In this document: positions 24,905-34,769 of the stretch, one piece after another
Layout: the number at the start of each line of letters is the position of its first letter
Numbering within the stretch: the first letter of the stretch is position 1
From: Octopus vulgaris
Taxonomy: Eukaryota
Direction: 5' to 3'
NCBI GenBank assembly: GCA_951406725.2
Contig: OX597820.1
Coordinates: 110,422,001-110,486,000 of the forward strand
Length of the DNA: 64,000 nt
Made by a program: the position numbers and the translations under genes
Notes under the pieces: generated by a model
The model's input: the letters and a program-made list of their open reading frames with translations, nothing else
Told to the model about the DNA's origin: nothing
Database searches by the model: none

Positions 24905-27571
24905 TTAATCATCAGATCCAAACCCAAACACAGAATCCATATCAAACCAAGCATATTTGTCAATTGAAGATGCTAGTGATCTCTTAGACTTTGGGGATTT
25001 GAAAAACTTCTTTACAGGTTGAGTTTCAGATTTTTTCACATTTGCTCTCTTTGGTTTAACAGTATTTAAATTTTGTTTCACTGGACTTTTTTTTGTCTTA
25101 TTATTTCCAGTCAAAGTTCTGGTTTTCCTACTTCTTGCTGAAATGTTATTTTCAAGATTTTGTTGATTCCCAGTAGTAAGGACCACCTCTTCTAACTTAT
25201 GATCAGAAACATTATCTTTCTTGGGTGAATTTATGTTCTTCTGGTGTTGTTTCAATAATGGGGTCCTTATTGTGATTTTATCGTTCCTTTGGCATTCAGA
25301 TACTGAGGAGTCTGAATCAGACACAAGCATCATATCATCAGAATTAAACACCACTTTTCTCTTCTTGGAAGTTAAGAAGTTTGATTTAAAGGAATTTACA
25401 TTTATTCTTGAAGGTGTCATATTAATTGGATGTTGTGGTGTCATCAGGACTGCCACTTGAGGTTGTTTTCTTGTTGGAAACACTGTTTGCATGGTATTTT
25501 CATACATTTCCTTTTTCATATTTTCTTTCTCCTTTAGCATTATATCTATTTTTTCTTCAAGTTGGATATTGTTCTCCATTTGATATTGAACATTCTGTCT
25601 TAGCTCAGAAATTTCACTTTTATACTGTAAGATCTCTTTCTCAAATTCACTTGTTTTTTCTTTCAAATCATTTTCATGTTTCAATTTTTGTTCTTTGATT
25701 TCACTTTCATTCTTTGCGTAGATTTCTTTAGTCTTAATGTCAAATATTTTCTGATTTTCTTTTTTATACTTTTCAAGAGTATTCACCATTTCTTCTTTTT
25801 GATTTTCACTTACTTTTAAAATTCTCTCCTTATCTTGAACTGCATTTTCTTTCAAAATTGTCATTTGTTTAAGTTCTTCTTTATAACCCATTAAGACTAC
25901 TTTTTCTTGTTGACATTCATCAATTTCTTTTTGTATCGTTTGAAGTTTATCTTTATATTCTTCAATTTCTGTTTCTTTTGCCTTCACTATATCTGCATAT
26001 TTACTAAATGAAATTGCATTTTCTTCAATTGTTTTATTTAATTTGTCAATGTGAGAAGAATATTTACTTTCATGATTTTTCATTTGTGTTTTTAGATTAG
26101 ATATTTCATCTTCCAGCAGATTATTTTCATTTCTTAGCTCTGATATAATATTTGTCAGTTCATTAGATTCAACTGAAGATGTTTTTTTAAGTTCTTCAAT
26201 GTTTTTCAAGGCCTCATTTAATTGTTCCACTTTTTCTTGAAATTTGCCTTTTAGTACTTCTGACTCATTGCTTAGGGTTTTGTATTTTTCTTCTAAAGTT
26301 TTAAGTTTTTCTTTTGTTTTTTCATGCATATCAGCAGCATCCACATTCAAAGCCTTTGCATTGACTATTTCATCATTTAACAATATAATGTTGCTATTGA
26401 GGTTATTTATCTTGGCAGATTTGGAATTTAACTGGGCCAGTAGATTGTCTTTATGGCTTATTTCTTGTTTTAGATTTTCACTCAACTCTGCATTCTCTAA
26501 AACTAAGATATCTTTATCACTCTTCAAGTCTTCAATCATTTTATTTGCTGATGTATATTTAACATTTAATTCTCCACATTCTTTTTCTAGTTTTTCGTAA
26601 GCTTCATTTGCTTCTTTTAAAAGATTTTCTGAAGAAGCCATTATTAATAAAGCTTCATTACTTTTCTCAGTTGTTTCAAATTTAAGGGTTGTGTATTTAA
26701 ATTCCACTTCTGAAAGACATTTCTTAGATTCTTCATAATCAAACTTTAGTTGATCTTTCTCCTCTTTAGCATCATGTAAATCTTTATTTAATTGTTCCAA
26801 CTTTTCATTTCTACAACTAATTTCATTCTGTAACTCCTTATTGATATTCTGCATATCTGCTATCCTCTTTTCTAAAACTTTTCTCTGCTTTTCCTTCTCC
26901 TGAACAATATTATTAATTTCATTTTTTAATTTATTTTCTTCGTCTTTGGCTGAAATATTTAAATCATTGAATTTTACTGAAAGTTCTTCAAATTTTTCAA
27001 AATGTTCTCTTTCTTTATATTTTAATTCATTGCTTTCTGCTTCACATTGCATCATTTTATTCTCTACAGTTTGAGAATGTTCTTTGACAATGTTACACAT
27101 TTTTCGAGTAAAATCAATTTTTTTCAAAATTTCTTCTCTGTTGCTAATTTCTTCTTGCATCTTTTGACTTAAGTTTTCATTTTCTATTTGCAATTCTATG
27201 AAAGATTTTCTAAGATTCTCAATAGTTTGGGTCAATTCCCCTATTTTTTTCTCTTTTTGTTTGCTTTCAGCTTCTGTGGAAAGTTTCCACTCCCTTATTT
27301 TTTCAGCTTCCTGTCGGAGTCGACTATGCAAGGAAAATAGTTTGCATTCTACATCTTGGGTATTTAATGATTGTTTCTCATGTTTTGGTTTTTCTTTAGA
27401 GACAAGATTTTCTTGGAGCGTTTGAAGCAGAGTTGTACTTTTATGCATAATAAGAGGCATTTTAAGTTTTTTTGTTAAACCGAGACCATAGTTTGTAGAC
27501 TCAGAACTGTTCGCCAAATTTTGATCAGTCTTCTCATAGACTTGAGACATCGATGCTAAAGTACTTTGCAT
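24905..27571 (-). CDS. SYCP1: Synaptonemal complex protein 1 (transverse filament protein), single coding exon, 888 aa
   Basis: Residues about 77-164 (LHSRLRQEAEKIREWKLSTEAESKQKE..IENLRKSFIELQIENE..TRKMCNIVKE) align without gaps to the N-terminal coiled-coil motif of mammalian SYCP1 as I recall it (VYSKLYKEAEKIKKWKVSTEAELRQKE..IEAQRKAIQELQFGNE..TRHLCNLLKE). About 600 aa of coiled coil follows. The basic S/T-P-rich tail has KKRKVVF..SDSS (cf. mammalian KKRKMAF..SDSS). There is an in-frame stop 33 nt upstream of the ATG. Confidence 0.88.
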   Translation of the reverse strand: MQSTLASMSQVYEKTDQNLANSSESTNYGLGLTKKLKMPLIMHKSTTLLQTLQENLVSKEKPKHEKQSLNTQDVECKLFSLHSRLRQEAEKIREWKLSTEAESKQKEKKIGELTQTIENLRKSFIELQIENENLSQKMQEEISNREEILKKIDFTRKMCNIVKEHSQTVENKMMQCEAESNELKYKEREHFEKFEELSVKFNDLNISAKDEENKLKNEINNIVQEKEKQRKVLEKRIADMQNINKELQNEISCRNEKLEQLNKDLHDAKEEKDQLKFDYEESKKCLSEVEFKYTTLKFETTEKSNEALLIMASSENLLKEANEAYEKLEKECGELNVKYTSANKMIEDLKSDKDILVLENAELSENLKQEISHKDNLLAQLNSKSAKINNLNSNIILLNDEIVNAKALNVDAADMHEKTKEKLKTLEEKYKTLSNESEVLKGKFQEKVEQLNEALKNIEELKKTSSVESNELTNIISELRNENNLLEDEISNLKTQMKNHESKYSSHIDKLNKTIEENAISFSKYADIVKAKETEIEEYKDKLQTIQKEIDECQQEKVVLMGYKEELKQMTILKENAVQDKERILKVSENQKEEMVNTLEKYKKENQKIFDIKTKEIYAKNESEIKEQKLKHENDLKEKTSEFEKEILQYKSEISELRQNVQYQMENNIQLEEKIDIMLKEKENMKKEMYENTMQTVFPTRKQPQVAVLMTPQHPINMTPSRINVNSFKSNFLTSKKRKVVFNSDDMMLVSDSDSSVSECQRNDKITIRTPLLKQHQKNINSPKKDNVSDHKLEEVVLTTGNQQNLENNISARSRKTRTLTGNNKTKKSPVKQNLNTVKPKRANVKKSETQPVKKFFKSPKSKRSLASSIDKYAWFDMDSVFGFGSDD

Positions 27572-27913
27572 CGTGTACGCAATGCTTGAACTGGTTTCTT
27601 TTTATATGAAAGTATTTAACATTCCATTGAAGTGCGATAACAACTGAATGCCTGTCGTCTGCTTATAAAGGTGAAGACGAGAGGAAGACGCTAAAAACTC
27701 AGCAGCGCCCCCAACAACAATTCACCAGAATTATCTCCCTTATTTCGCGCATGCGCCATTCGCCATTAATCTTCCATGTGTTTCATCTCTCTTTGATCGC
27801 GAATTGAAACTTACGAGTGTGTTGTTAGATACTCTTCACCAACCTGACTGTGTATTATTATTATTATATTTAGAGTGGTTAAAATAATAATTTATTGGCT
27901 TAAACAAACAACA
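27572..27913. promoter_or_regulatory. Putative bidirectional promoter shared by SYCP1 and SNRPA1, with NRF1-type palindrome GCGCATGCGC (27747-27756) and two CGCCATT (YY1-like) motifs (27754-27767)
   Basis: Divergent ATGs are 342 bp apart. CpGs are locally retained in otherwise CpG-poor unique DNA. Motifs were read directly from the sequence. Confidence 0.72.
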
Positions 27914-27995
27914 ATGGTTAAACTATCTGCTGAATTAATAGAACATTCAGCTCAATATACCAACCCGGTTAGAGACCGTGAATTAGATCTGCGAG
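27914..27995 (+). CDS. SNRPA1: U2 snRNP protein A' coding exon 1
   Basis: MVKLSAELIEHSAQYTNPVRDRELDLR(G); donor gag|gtaat. Confidence 0.96.
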
Positions 27996-28319
27996 GTAAT
28001 CATGTTTCCTTCTTGATCTTTTCTTTAATCATCAAACTTTCTAATTTCCAATGATATCGCTTAATAAATTTATGTTCTAGTTATTATCCCAAAAGAATAT
28101 TATTATTATCATACCTGTATAACTCTCTTTATGCGTCATGAAATTAAAAAAATTAACGACTTAATACTAGCTGAAAAATGAAACTTTTGTGCATTTTCAA
28201 ATTCTGTTACGTACAATTTGAATAAAAATCAATATAGACAAGTTGGATTAATGAAATTTGTTGTTTTAACTTGAAGCTTTGACAAATTTTTTTTTAAACA
28301 ATATGTACGAGTTTTAAAT

Positions 28320-28528
28320 ATTGGTTTCAAATTTTGACACAAAGCCATCAATTTCGGGGGCTGGAGTAAGTCGATTACATTGGCAATACTTCTCAATTGG
28401 TACTTATTTTATCAATTCCTAACGGATGGAAGGCAATGTAGATTCAGCGGAATTTGAACGTAAAGAAGGACGAAATACCGCTAAAAAATTTGTCCGGCGT
28501 GCTAACGGTTGTGCCAGCTCGCCGCCTA
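28320..28528 (-). mobile_element. tRNA-derived SINE (second family) in intron 1
   Basis: Minus-strand head aggcggcgagctggcacaaccgttagcacgccgg..gttcaaattccgc and body gataaaataagtacc. Confidence 0.7.
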
Positions 28529-28835
28529 TGACTTTTAAATATTAACAACAGACAATGGTAAATAAACCGTTTCAGACACACAACTGGTTCCTAGCCCAAA
28601 TGTCGCAACATTTCAGTGGTCAGGCCTGTATTTTCAGTTAATTTGACTGACAACATATTCTAAAATTTTGTCGCTATTTCAAATAGCACAAACAACTCCC
28701 GTATTTTCTCTAATTTTATACAGTTATTAACAATGAACTACATTTTTACTGCTTTACATTGAATAAACATGAGTGTCATTTGAGTAAATGTTATAAATTT
28801 AACTCTCCTAATAAAATTGTCTTATTGTATTTCAG

Positions 28836-28876
28836 GCTATAAAATTCCTGTTATTGAAAATTTGGGCACTACTTTG
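28836..28876 (+). CDS. SNRPA1: U2 snRNP protein A' coding exon 2
   Basis: tttcag|(G)YKIPVIENLGTTL|gtgaat. Confidence 0.95.
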
Positions 28877-28949
28877 GTGAATATCTAATTTTCTAACTAC
28901 ATACGAACTTGATTTTCTTTTTGATTTAAGTTTTTAAATATTAGCTGTT

Positions 28950-29450
28950 GAACTGGCATCCAGCCATAGAAATCTCTGCCCCAACATACTCTTGCCTGAT
29001 TCATGCAAGCATGAAAAAGTAGACTTTGAAATAAAATGATATATACATGTATATCAAACCAACGCAGTCTTCTTGCTTGCACACAATAACCAATTCCTCT
29101 TATGCCTCTCTGGAGAGGAATGAAGGTAGTATGCCCTGTTGAATTTGCAACATCAGTGTGCATGACTGACAAAGCATAACTGTGTTAAAAGAAAAGTTAG
29201 ACATGAAAGGGATTAAATGTGGCATGCAGGAGAGGAGAATGTGTTGGTTTGGACATGTGATGCATATGAGTAAAGACAGCTGTATAAAGAAGTGCCTGTC
29301 ATTGAAAGTTAATAGCACCTGTGGAAGAGAGAGACCCAGGAAGAAATGAGATGAAGTGGTGAGGACTGATCTTAGGCTGTTAGGCTCACAAAGGAAATGA
29401 CAATAGACTGAGATGTTTGGTGATAGTATGTTCTAGAGAAGACCCACCCA
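28950..29450 (+). mobile_element. RTE LINE 3' fragments, rearranged with a short inverted piece
   Basis: LKEKLD.KGI.CG.QERR.CWFGHVM and RPRK match 20860-21170. Confidence 0.7.
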
Positions 29451-31460
29451 CATCAGCAAAACTGAGAGCTAGAAGCGTTGTGTCCCACCCACATGTAACA
29501 ACAAACTTTTCACACACCTTACCCCAAGGACCCAAACTACATCTTATCTAAACTGCATCTTTCTCTTACATTTCCTCTCCATAAACTATGATTGTCTTCC
29601 AATCCCCTTCTCTGCCCTTCTTGCTCACTGTATTGCTGCTTTCCCCCACCCCATTTTTATACCCAAGTTTTTGCAAGTCACAACAATCTCTACTCCCTAC
29701 TTATACCTTCTTCACAATACCTGACCATGTATATTATGACCTCTATACCTCTCTCTTCCTTATTCTACCATCACATCTATGCTCTGATCCTTTTTACTTC
29801 ATCTCCTTCCTGGATCCTTGGCACTTCATCATCTCCTTCCTGCTCTCTCTTGCACTTTTGCTGTTTCCCACTCTTTCTCTCTTTCCCTTACTCTTTCCTC
29901 TGGTTGGGTAGCCGTATATCTCCTCTACAGTAGCACACCTGTTTTTGCCCTCATTCTTGATCACTCTGGTTCCTCTTGCATTTCTTTCCGACTACATAAC
30001 CAAATATCTTCTTTATATCTGTGTACCTGTTTCTATCCTCTTTCTTGTACCTTTCTCTTCTCTCTCTTTCTCTCTCTCACTTGTTGGGTAACCATGTACC
30101 TCCTCTATAGCAAGATACCTGTTTCTGCATCTCTATTTCTCTATCTTGCTCTAACCTTTCATCATTTGACATTAGATCACTGTTTCCAATACCCCCTCCA
30201 TTATAGCAAGACACCCGTTTCTGTCTCTCTGTTACACTCTAACTTTTCATCCTCTGACACAAGTTCCCTCCCAAAATTCCTTGCAAGTTACTTGGTGACC
30301 TTGCCAGTGCTGATGCCTCGTAAAAAGCATCCAGTCCACACTGTAAAATGGCTGATATTTGGAAGGGCATCCAGCTGTAAAAATCATGCCAAAACTAACC
30401 TCACCTGTGCTAGTGCCATGTAAAAGGCACTGAGTCCACTTTGCAGAGTTGTTGGTGTTAGGAAGGGCTGTAAAATCCCTCTCAAAACAGACACAGTAGC
30501 CTGGGGAAGACAGACATTAAATGAAGATGTGCATGTGTATATATTTATATATATATGCATATGTGTAGGGGTATGTGTGCACATGAATGGATGCACATCT
30601 GTATATATCACCAGCTTTTGTCACTACCATCATTTCAATGCATGTTTCACTATGAGTGGTCAGGTCTTTTCCTGTATTGCATATCACTCATCAGGACAGT
30701 CCTTTGTCATATCTTCTGTGATGTGCAACATCTTCAGCTCACTCTTTATTACTTCAGCCTATATCTTCCACAGTCTCTATCTTCAGTGGGTTTAACTTAG
30801 AAATCTCTTCATAAACAAGATTGATGGAGATATTTTAAGGACTGATACTTAGCTCTATTTCCATGTTATTAAATGGATGATACATTGTTACATGGAAAGG
30901 ATGCTGGTCTTTTTCAGCATTCCCAGATAATTCAGTTTGTATTAATGGAAGTGGCATAGACAGAACCATTCATATAATTTGCACACCTGTGTAATTTACA
31001 CAGGTAATTTTCAGGATAAAAATGATTAAAAAAAGCTTTTACTCGTGTCAAATTCGCACCCAAAAGTTTTCAGAATTGCCGATAGGGCCTGGGGAAAAAA
31101 GTTTTTTTTATTTAGTTGTATTTAGCATAATTTCACTTACTTATGATTAGATTTTATTAAATTTTGATTAAATAAAAATAATTTCTGTTTAACAGGCATC
31201 ACATTGAAGGCTATTAAATTATGAAGTGTTTGTGTTTATAATAAACTGTATTTTACATTTCTTGCCCATAAGAGATTATGCCGATCTTTAGCATACTTCT
31301 GTATATCTTCTCAAATCACAATCACAGGAAAAGTTGTTCATAATTCTTATCTACAAAAACATAGCTGATGAATAAATATGCACAATTGTTGCAAAATAAG
31401 TTAAATTACCAATAAACATGTAATTCCTGGTTCAAAGAAACTAATTTTTAGTCATAGTCC

Positions 31461-32310
31461 TGTACGTTATTCTGAATGACCGTTCTCTCTTCCTCTTCCT
31501 GTCAAATGCGCATGCTCTTCATATCAATGTTATTTGCATAACATTCACCCCCTCCTAGAAAAAGAAGGGAAAAAATCATAGATTAAGCCTTTCTGGAGCT
31601 TTCCAAATCCTTTGTGATCGACACAGCTGAGGGGATTCTTTTTGTTCTTGACGGTTATCTCTTGGAGGAGGGGAAATTTCAGTTGGTTCTCTGTCTGGCT
31701 GTTGAGCGACAAATGTTTGGGTTAATCTTCCCTGGTGATGCCAATTGTTTTGTGGATACTGTGGTTTCGTGACCATCTTGATAATGAACGTGAGTGTATT
31801 GGAAGTTGGCTTCGATTAAATCAACTTGGTACACGATAGGGTCATACTTGTTAGTGTGATTGTTCCTTTGAACAAGCCAGGTTCTGGGTTAAGAAGCCAT
31901 GTTGGCATAGATGTTCCTGTTACTGAACGTCTTTGATAGTTAAAAAGACGTTCATGAGAAGTGGTGTTAGTGGACGTACAAAGTAGAGATCTGATTGAAT
32001 GCAACGCATCTGGAAGAACTGTTTCACATGAAGATACTGGAAGGGCGCGGGTTTTCAAAGAGAGTAGTACTGACTTCCAAATAATACCATTATATCTTTC
32101 TACTTGGTTGTTCCAAGTGAGATTGTATGGTGTCATCCTATTCATTGCAATGTCCTTACCGAGGAGCCATTCTCTCAATCTTGTAGACATAAAGGCAGTT
32201 CCACGATCTGAATGTACATAACTGGGCATACCAAAAACTGAGAACAAATCTGTAAGACACTTTATTACAGTCTGAGCTGTGTCAGATACTGGATACCCGA
32301 ACGGAAACCG
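31461..32310 (-). mobile_element. Ty3/Gypsy integrase fragment with polypurine tract and start of the 3' LTR
   Basis: FGMPSYVHSDRGTAFMS..QVERYNG..LPDALHSIRSL. The minus strand reads aggagggggtgaa|TGttatg at about 31543-31556. Confidence 0.82.
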
Positions 32311-33572
32311 CTCATACCATTCAACTCACCACATAGCATACTACCTTCACTCTTTCCCTCAGTATAATGGAAACATGATGTAATCCGCAGCCTACGGATA
32401 TATCTCCAGAGAGTGACTTTATTTGCTACAGGATGGAATACCATGGATTATAATAACATCTTGAAATGAAATTCTTACTTTTCCTTACCATGTCTTTTAC
32501 ATTACATGACATTATTTTTTATTTTCTACCTATTTTACTCTTATCTTATTGACCATACCCTATTATTTTAACTGAGTTTCCCCACGTTAATTTCCTAACA
32601 TTTGTACTCTGAAGAAGCCTTGAGGCTCAACCCAAACTCTGTATAAATATAAAACCCAAATGAGATTTATTTGTGAGTGTATACTTATTGATATTTATTT
32701 ATATATGTAGGTGTATTCTTATAACTCTTATAGCAAACTACCACACATAGCATTTCATTCCTTTCATCTCTATCCTTACCTGAACACTCATTGTTTCTCT
32801 ATAATTACAATTAACCTTAACTTTATTTTTAATGCCAAATTTATTTATTCTACAAGTCCTCTCTAGCATATTGCTTCCCAAATAACTAAACCCTTATTTG
32901 TAAGTGTTTATTCATATATTCATATGTATAATGATATTTATACATATGGGTGTGTACTTGTGCGTGCAGACTTACATGTGTGTATGCTTGTGGGTATATA
33001 TATATCTTCTCTCTTCGCTCCTTTACGCCATTTGGGCTCAACTCTCCTCCCCTCTTCATCTAACCTCCTCCCCTTGCCCCGACTCCTACTTCTCTTCACT
33101 CCTACTTCTCTTCACCCCTACTCTCTTTCCCTCTTCTCTCTTACTTTATCTTTATTATCTCCTCCATCAAATTGAAATAAGACGTGATCTCACAACTTCT
33201 GGATATAACCTTGGACTTTACGTTTTTACTTCTTGCCATTAGGCACTCTCTTATGATGTTTTGGTATTCAATTTTTGTATGATGTGTCAACTTTCGCATA
33301 CTAGACCCCCAAAGTAGAAACAGTTGTAAGAGTTGTATTTATTTATTCCTATGATTGCTGATGTTTGTCAATTGAATCTCTTCTCCATTTTCTTCCTTGT
33401 CTTATAAATTCTGGATAAACTTTTGTTTACCTCCACTTATACCTGTTATTCACTCGTACTATTGCCTTGCAACAGTAAGCATTTGGATATAAAAAGGTAT
33501 ACCTCCATTAGTATATTGGATATTTATTATCCCTTAGATGGTTGTCTAATTTCTAACTCATACTTAATATAA

Positions 33573-33604
<32 letters not shown>

Positions 33605-33762
33605 ATGTGAATGTGTATATGTTGATATATATTTTTTAAAAGGTTGAATGCGAATTCTTCCTTTAATTGGAGTAGTTTCCAAAACATTTCTATTGTTATT
33701 TCTTCATACTTTACTTTGAATTTACTGGTGTAAATTAGCGTGGATATGAAAAGTTATATATA

Positions 33763-33805
<43 letters not shown>

Positions 33806-33825
33806 ATACATATGTGTGTGTATAT

Positions 33826-34543
33826 ATTCTTTTACTTGTTTCAGTCATTTGACTGCGGCCATGCTGGAGCACCACCTTTAGTCGAGCAAATTGACCCCAC
33901 GATTTATTCTTTGTAAGCCTAGTACTTATTCTATCGATCTCTTTGCTGAACTACCAAGTTACAGGGACATAAACACCAGCATCGGTTGTCAAGCGATGCT
34001 GGGAGGGACAAACACAGATACACAAACACACACATATTTTATTTATGCGCCCTTTTCAAGCTTAGCCAGGCTTATGGGCCCGATTTCCCGGTTTCTATGG
34101 CATGTGTTCCCCCCCCCCCCCAGCTGGACGGGACGCCAGTCCATCGCAGCATTACTCAAGAAACAGGAAGAAAGAGTGAGAGAAAGTTAGGGCGAAAGAG
34201 TACAATAGGGGTCGCCCCCACCTCCTGCCGGACCCTCATGGAGCTTTTGGTGTTTGCGCTCAATAAACACACACAACGTCCGGTCTGGGAATCGAAACTG
34301 GGATCCTCTGACTGCAAGTCCACTGCCCTAACCACTGGGCCATTGGGCCTCCACATATATATATATATATACACACACACATACATATACATATATACGA
34401 CGGGCTTCTTTCAGTTTCCGTCTGCCGAATCCACTCACAGGACTTTGGTCAGCCCGAGGCTTTAGTAGAAAACACTTGCCCAAGGTGCCATGCAGTGGGA
34501 CTGAACATAGAACCATGTGGTTGGTAAGCAAGCTACTTACCAC
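33826..34543 (-). mobile_element. Abundant tRNA-derived SINE with a second, different tRNA-headed SINE (about 34040-34352) nested in its internal microsatellite
   Basis: The outer parts match 11140-11560. The inner head reads tggcccagtggttagggcag..gtttcgattccc. Confidence 0.8.
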
Positions 34544-34616
34544 TATGTGACCACGTGTGTATCGTTGGCGATTTTCTTTCTCCGTCTTCCTTTTCTTGGA
34601 TCTTTCCTTTTTCTAT

Positions 34617-34651
34617 GTTTCTGATGAAGAGCTCTGCCCGAAACGTTAAAT
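34617..34651 (+). ncRNA. Minimal hammerhead ribozyme-like motif inside a short pyrimidine-rich element (about 34544-34755)
   Basis: gttt-CTGATGA-a-gagc-tct-gccc-GAAAC-GTT-aaat. Both core boxes are present, stem II has one mismatch, and the loopless palindromic stem III (ACGT) is of the dimeric type. Confidence 0.5.
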
Positions 34652-34769
34652 CCTCTTTCTTTTCTTTCCTGAGCATCCAGTAACACTATACTTGTTCCAT
34701 GCCCTGGCATTGTTGTGCTTGGTCTTTGTGTTTTCATGTTTGGATTAACTATACATACATAAATACATG

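Noticed and set aside
25221-27425. Plus-strand ORFs overlapping SYCP1
   Set aside because: They are antisense shadows of a K/E-rich coding sequence with no recognisable product.
24905-27571. SMC, myosin or golgin identity for the 888-aa coiled coil
   Set aside because: It has no Walker motifs, hinge, motor or GRIP domain. The specific EAEKI..WK.STEAE and TR..CN..KE matches point to SYCP1.
34280-34352. tRNA genes (also about 11490-11555 and 40830-40900)
   Set aside because: A/B boxes are present, but the cloverleafs are imperfect and fused to SINE bodies.
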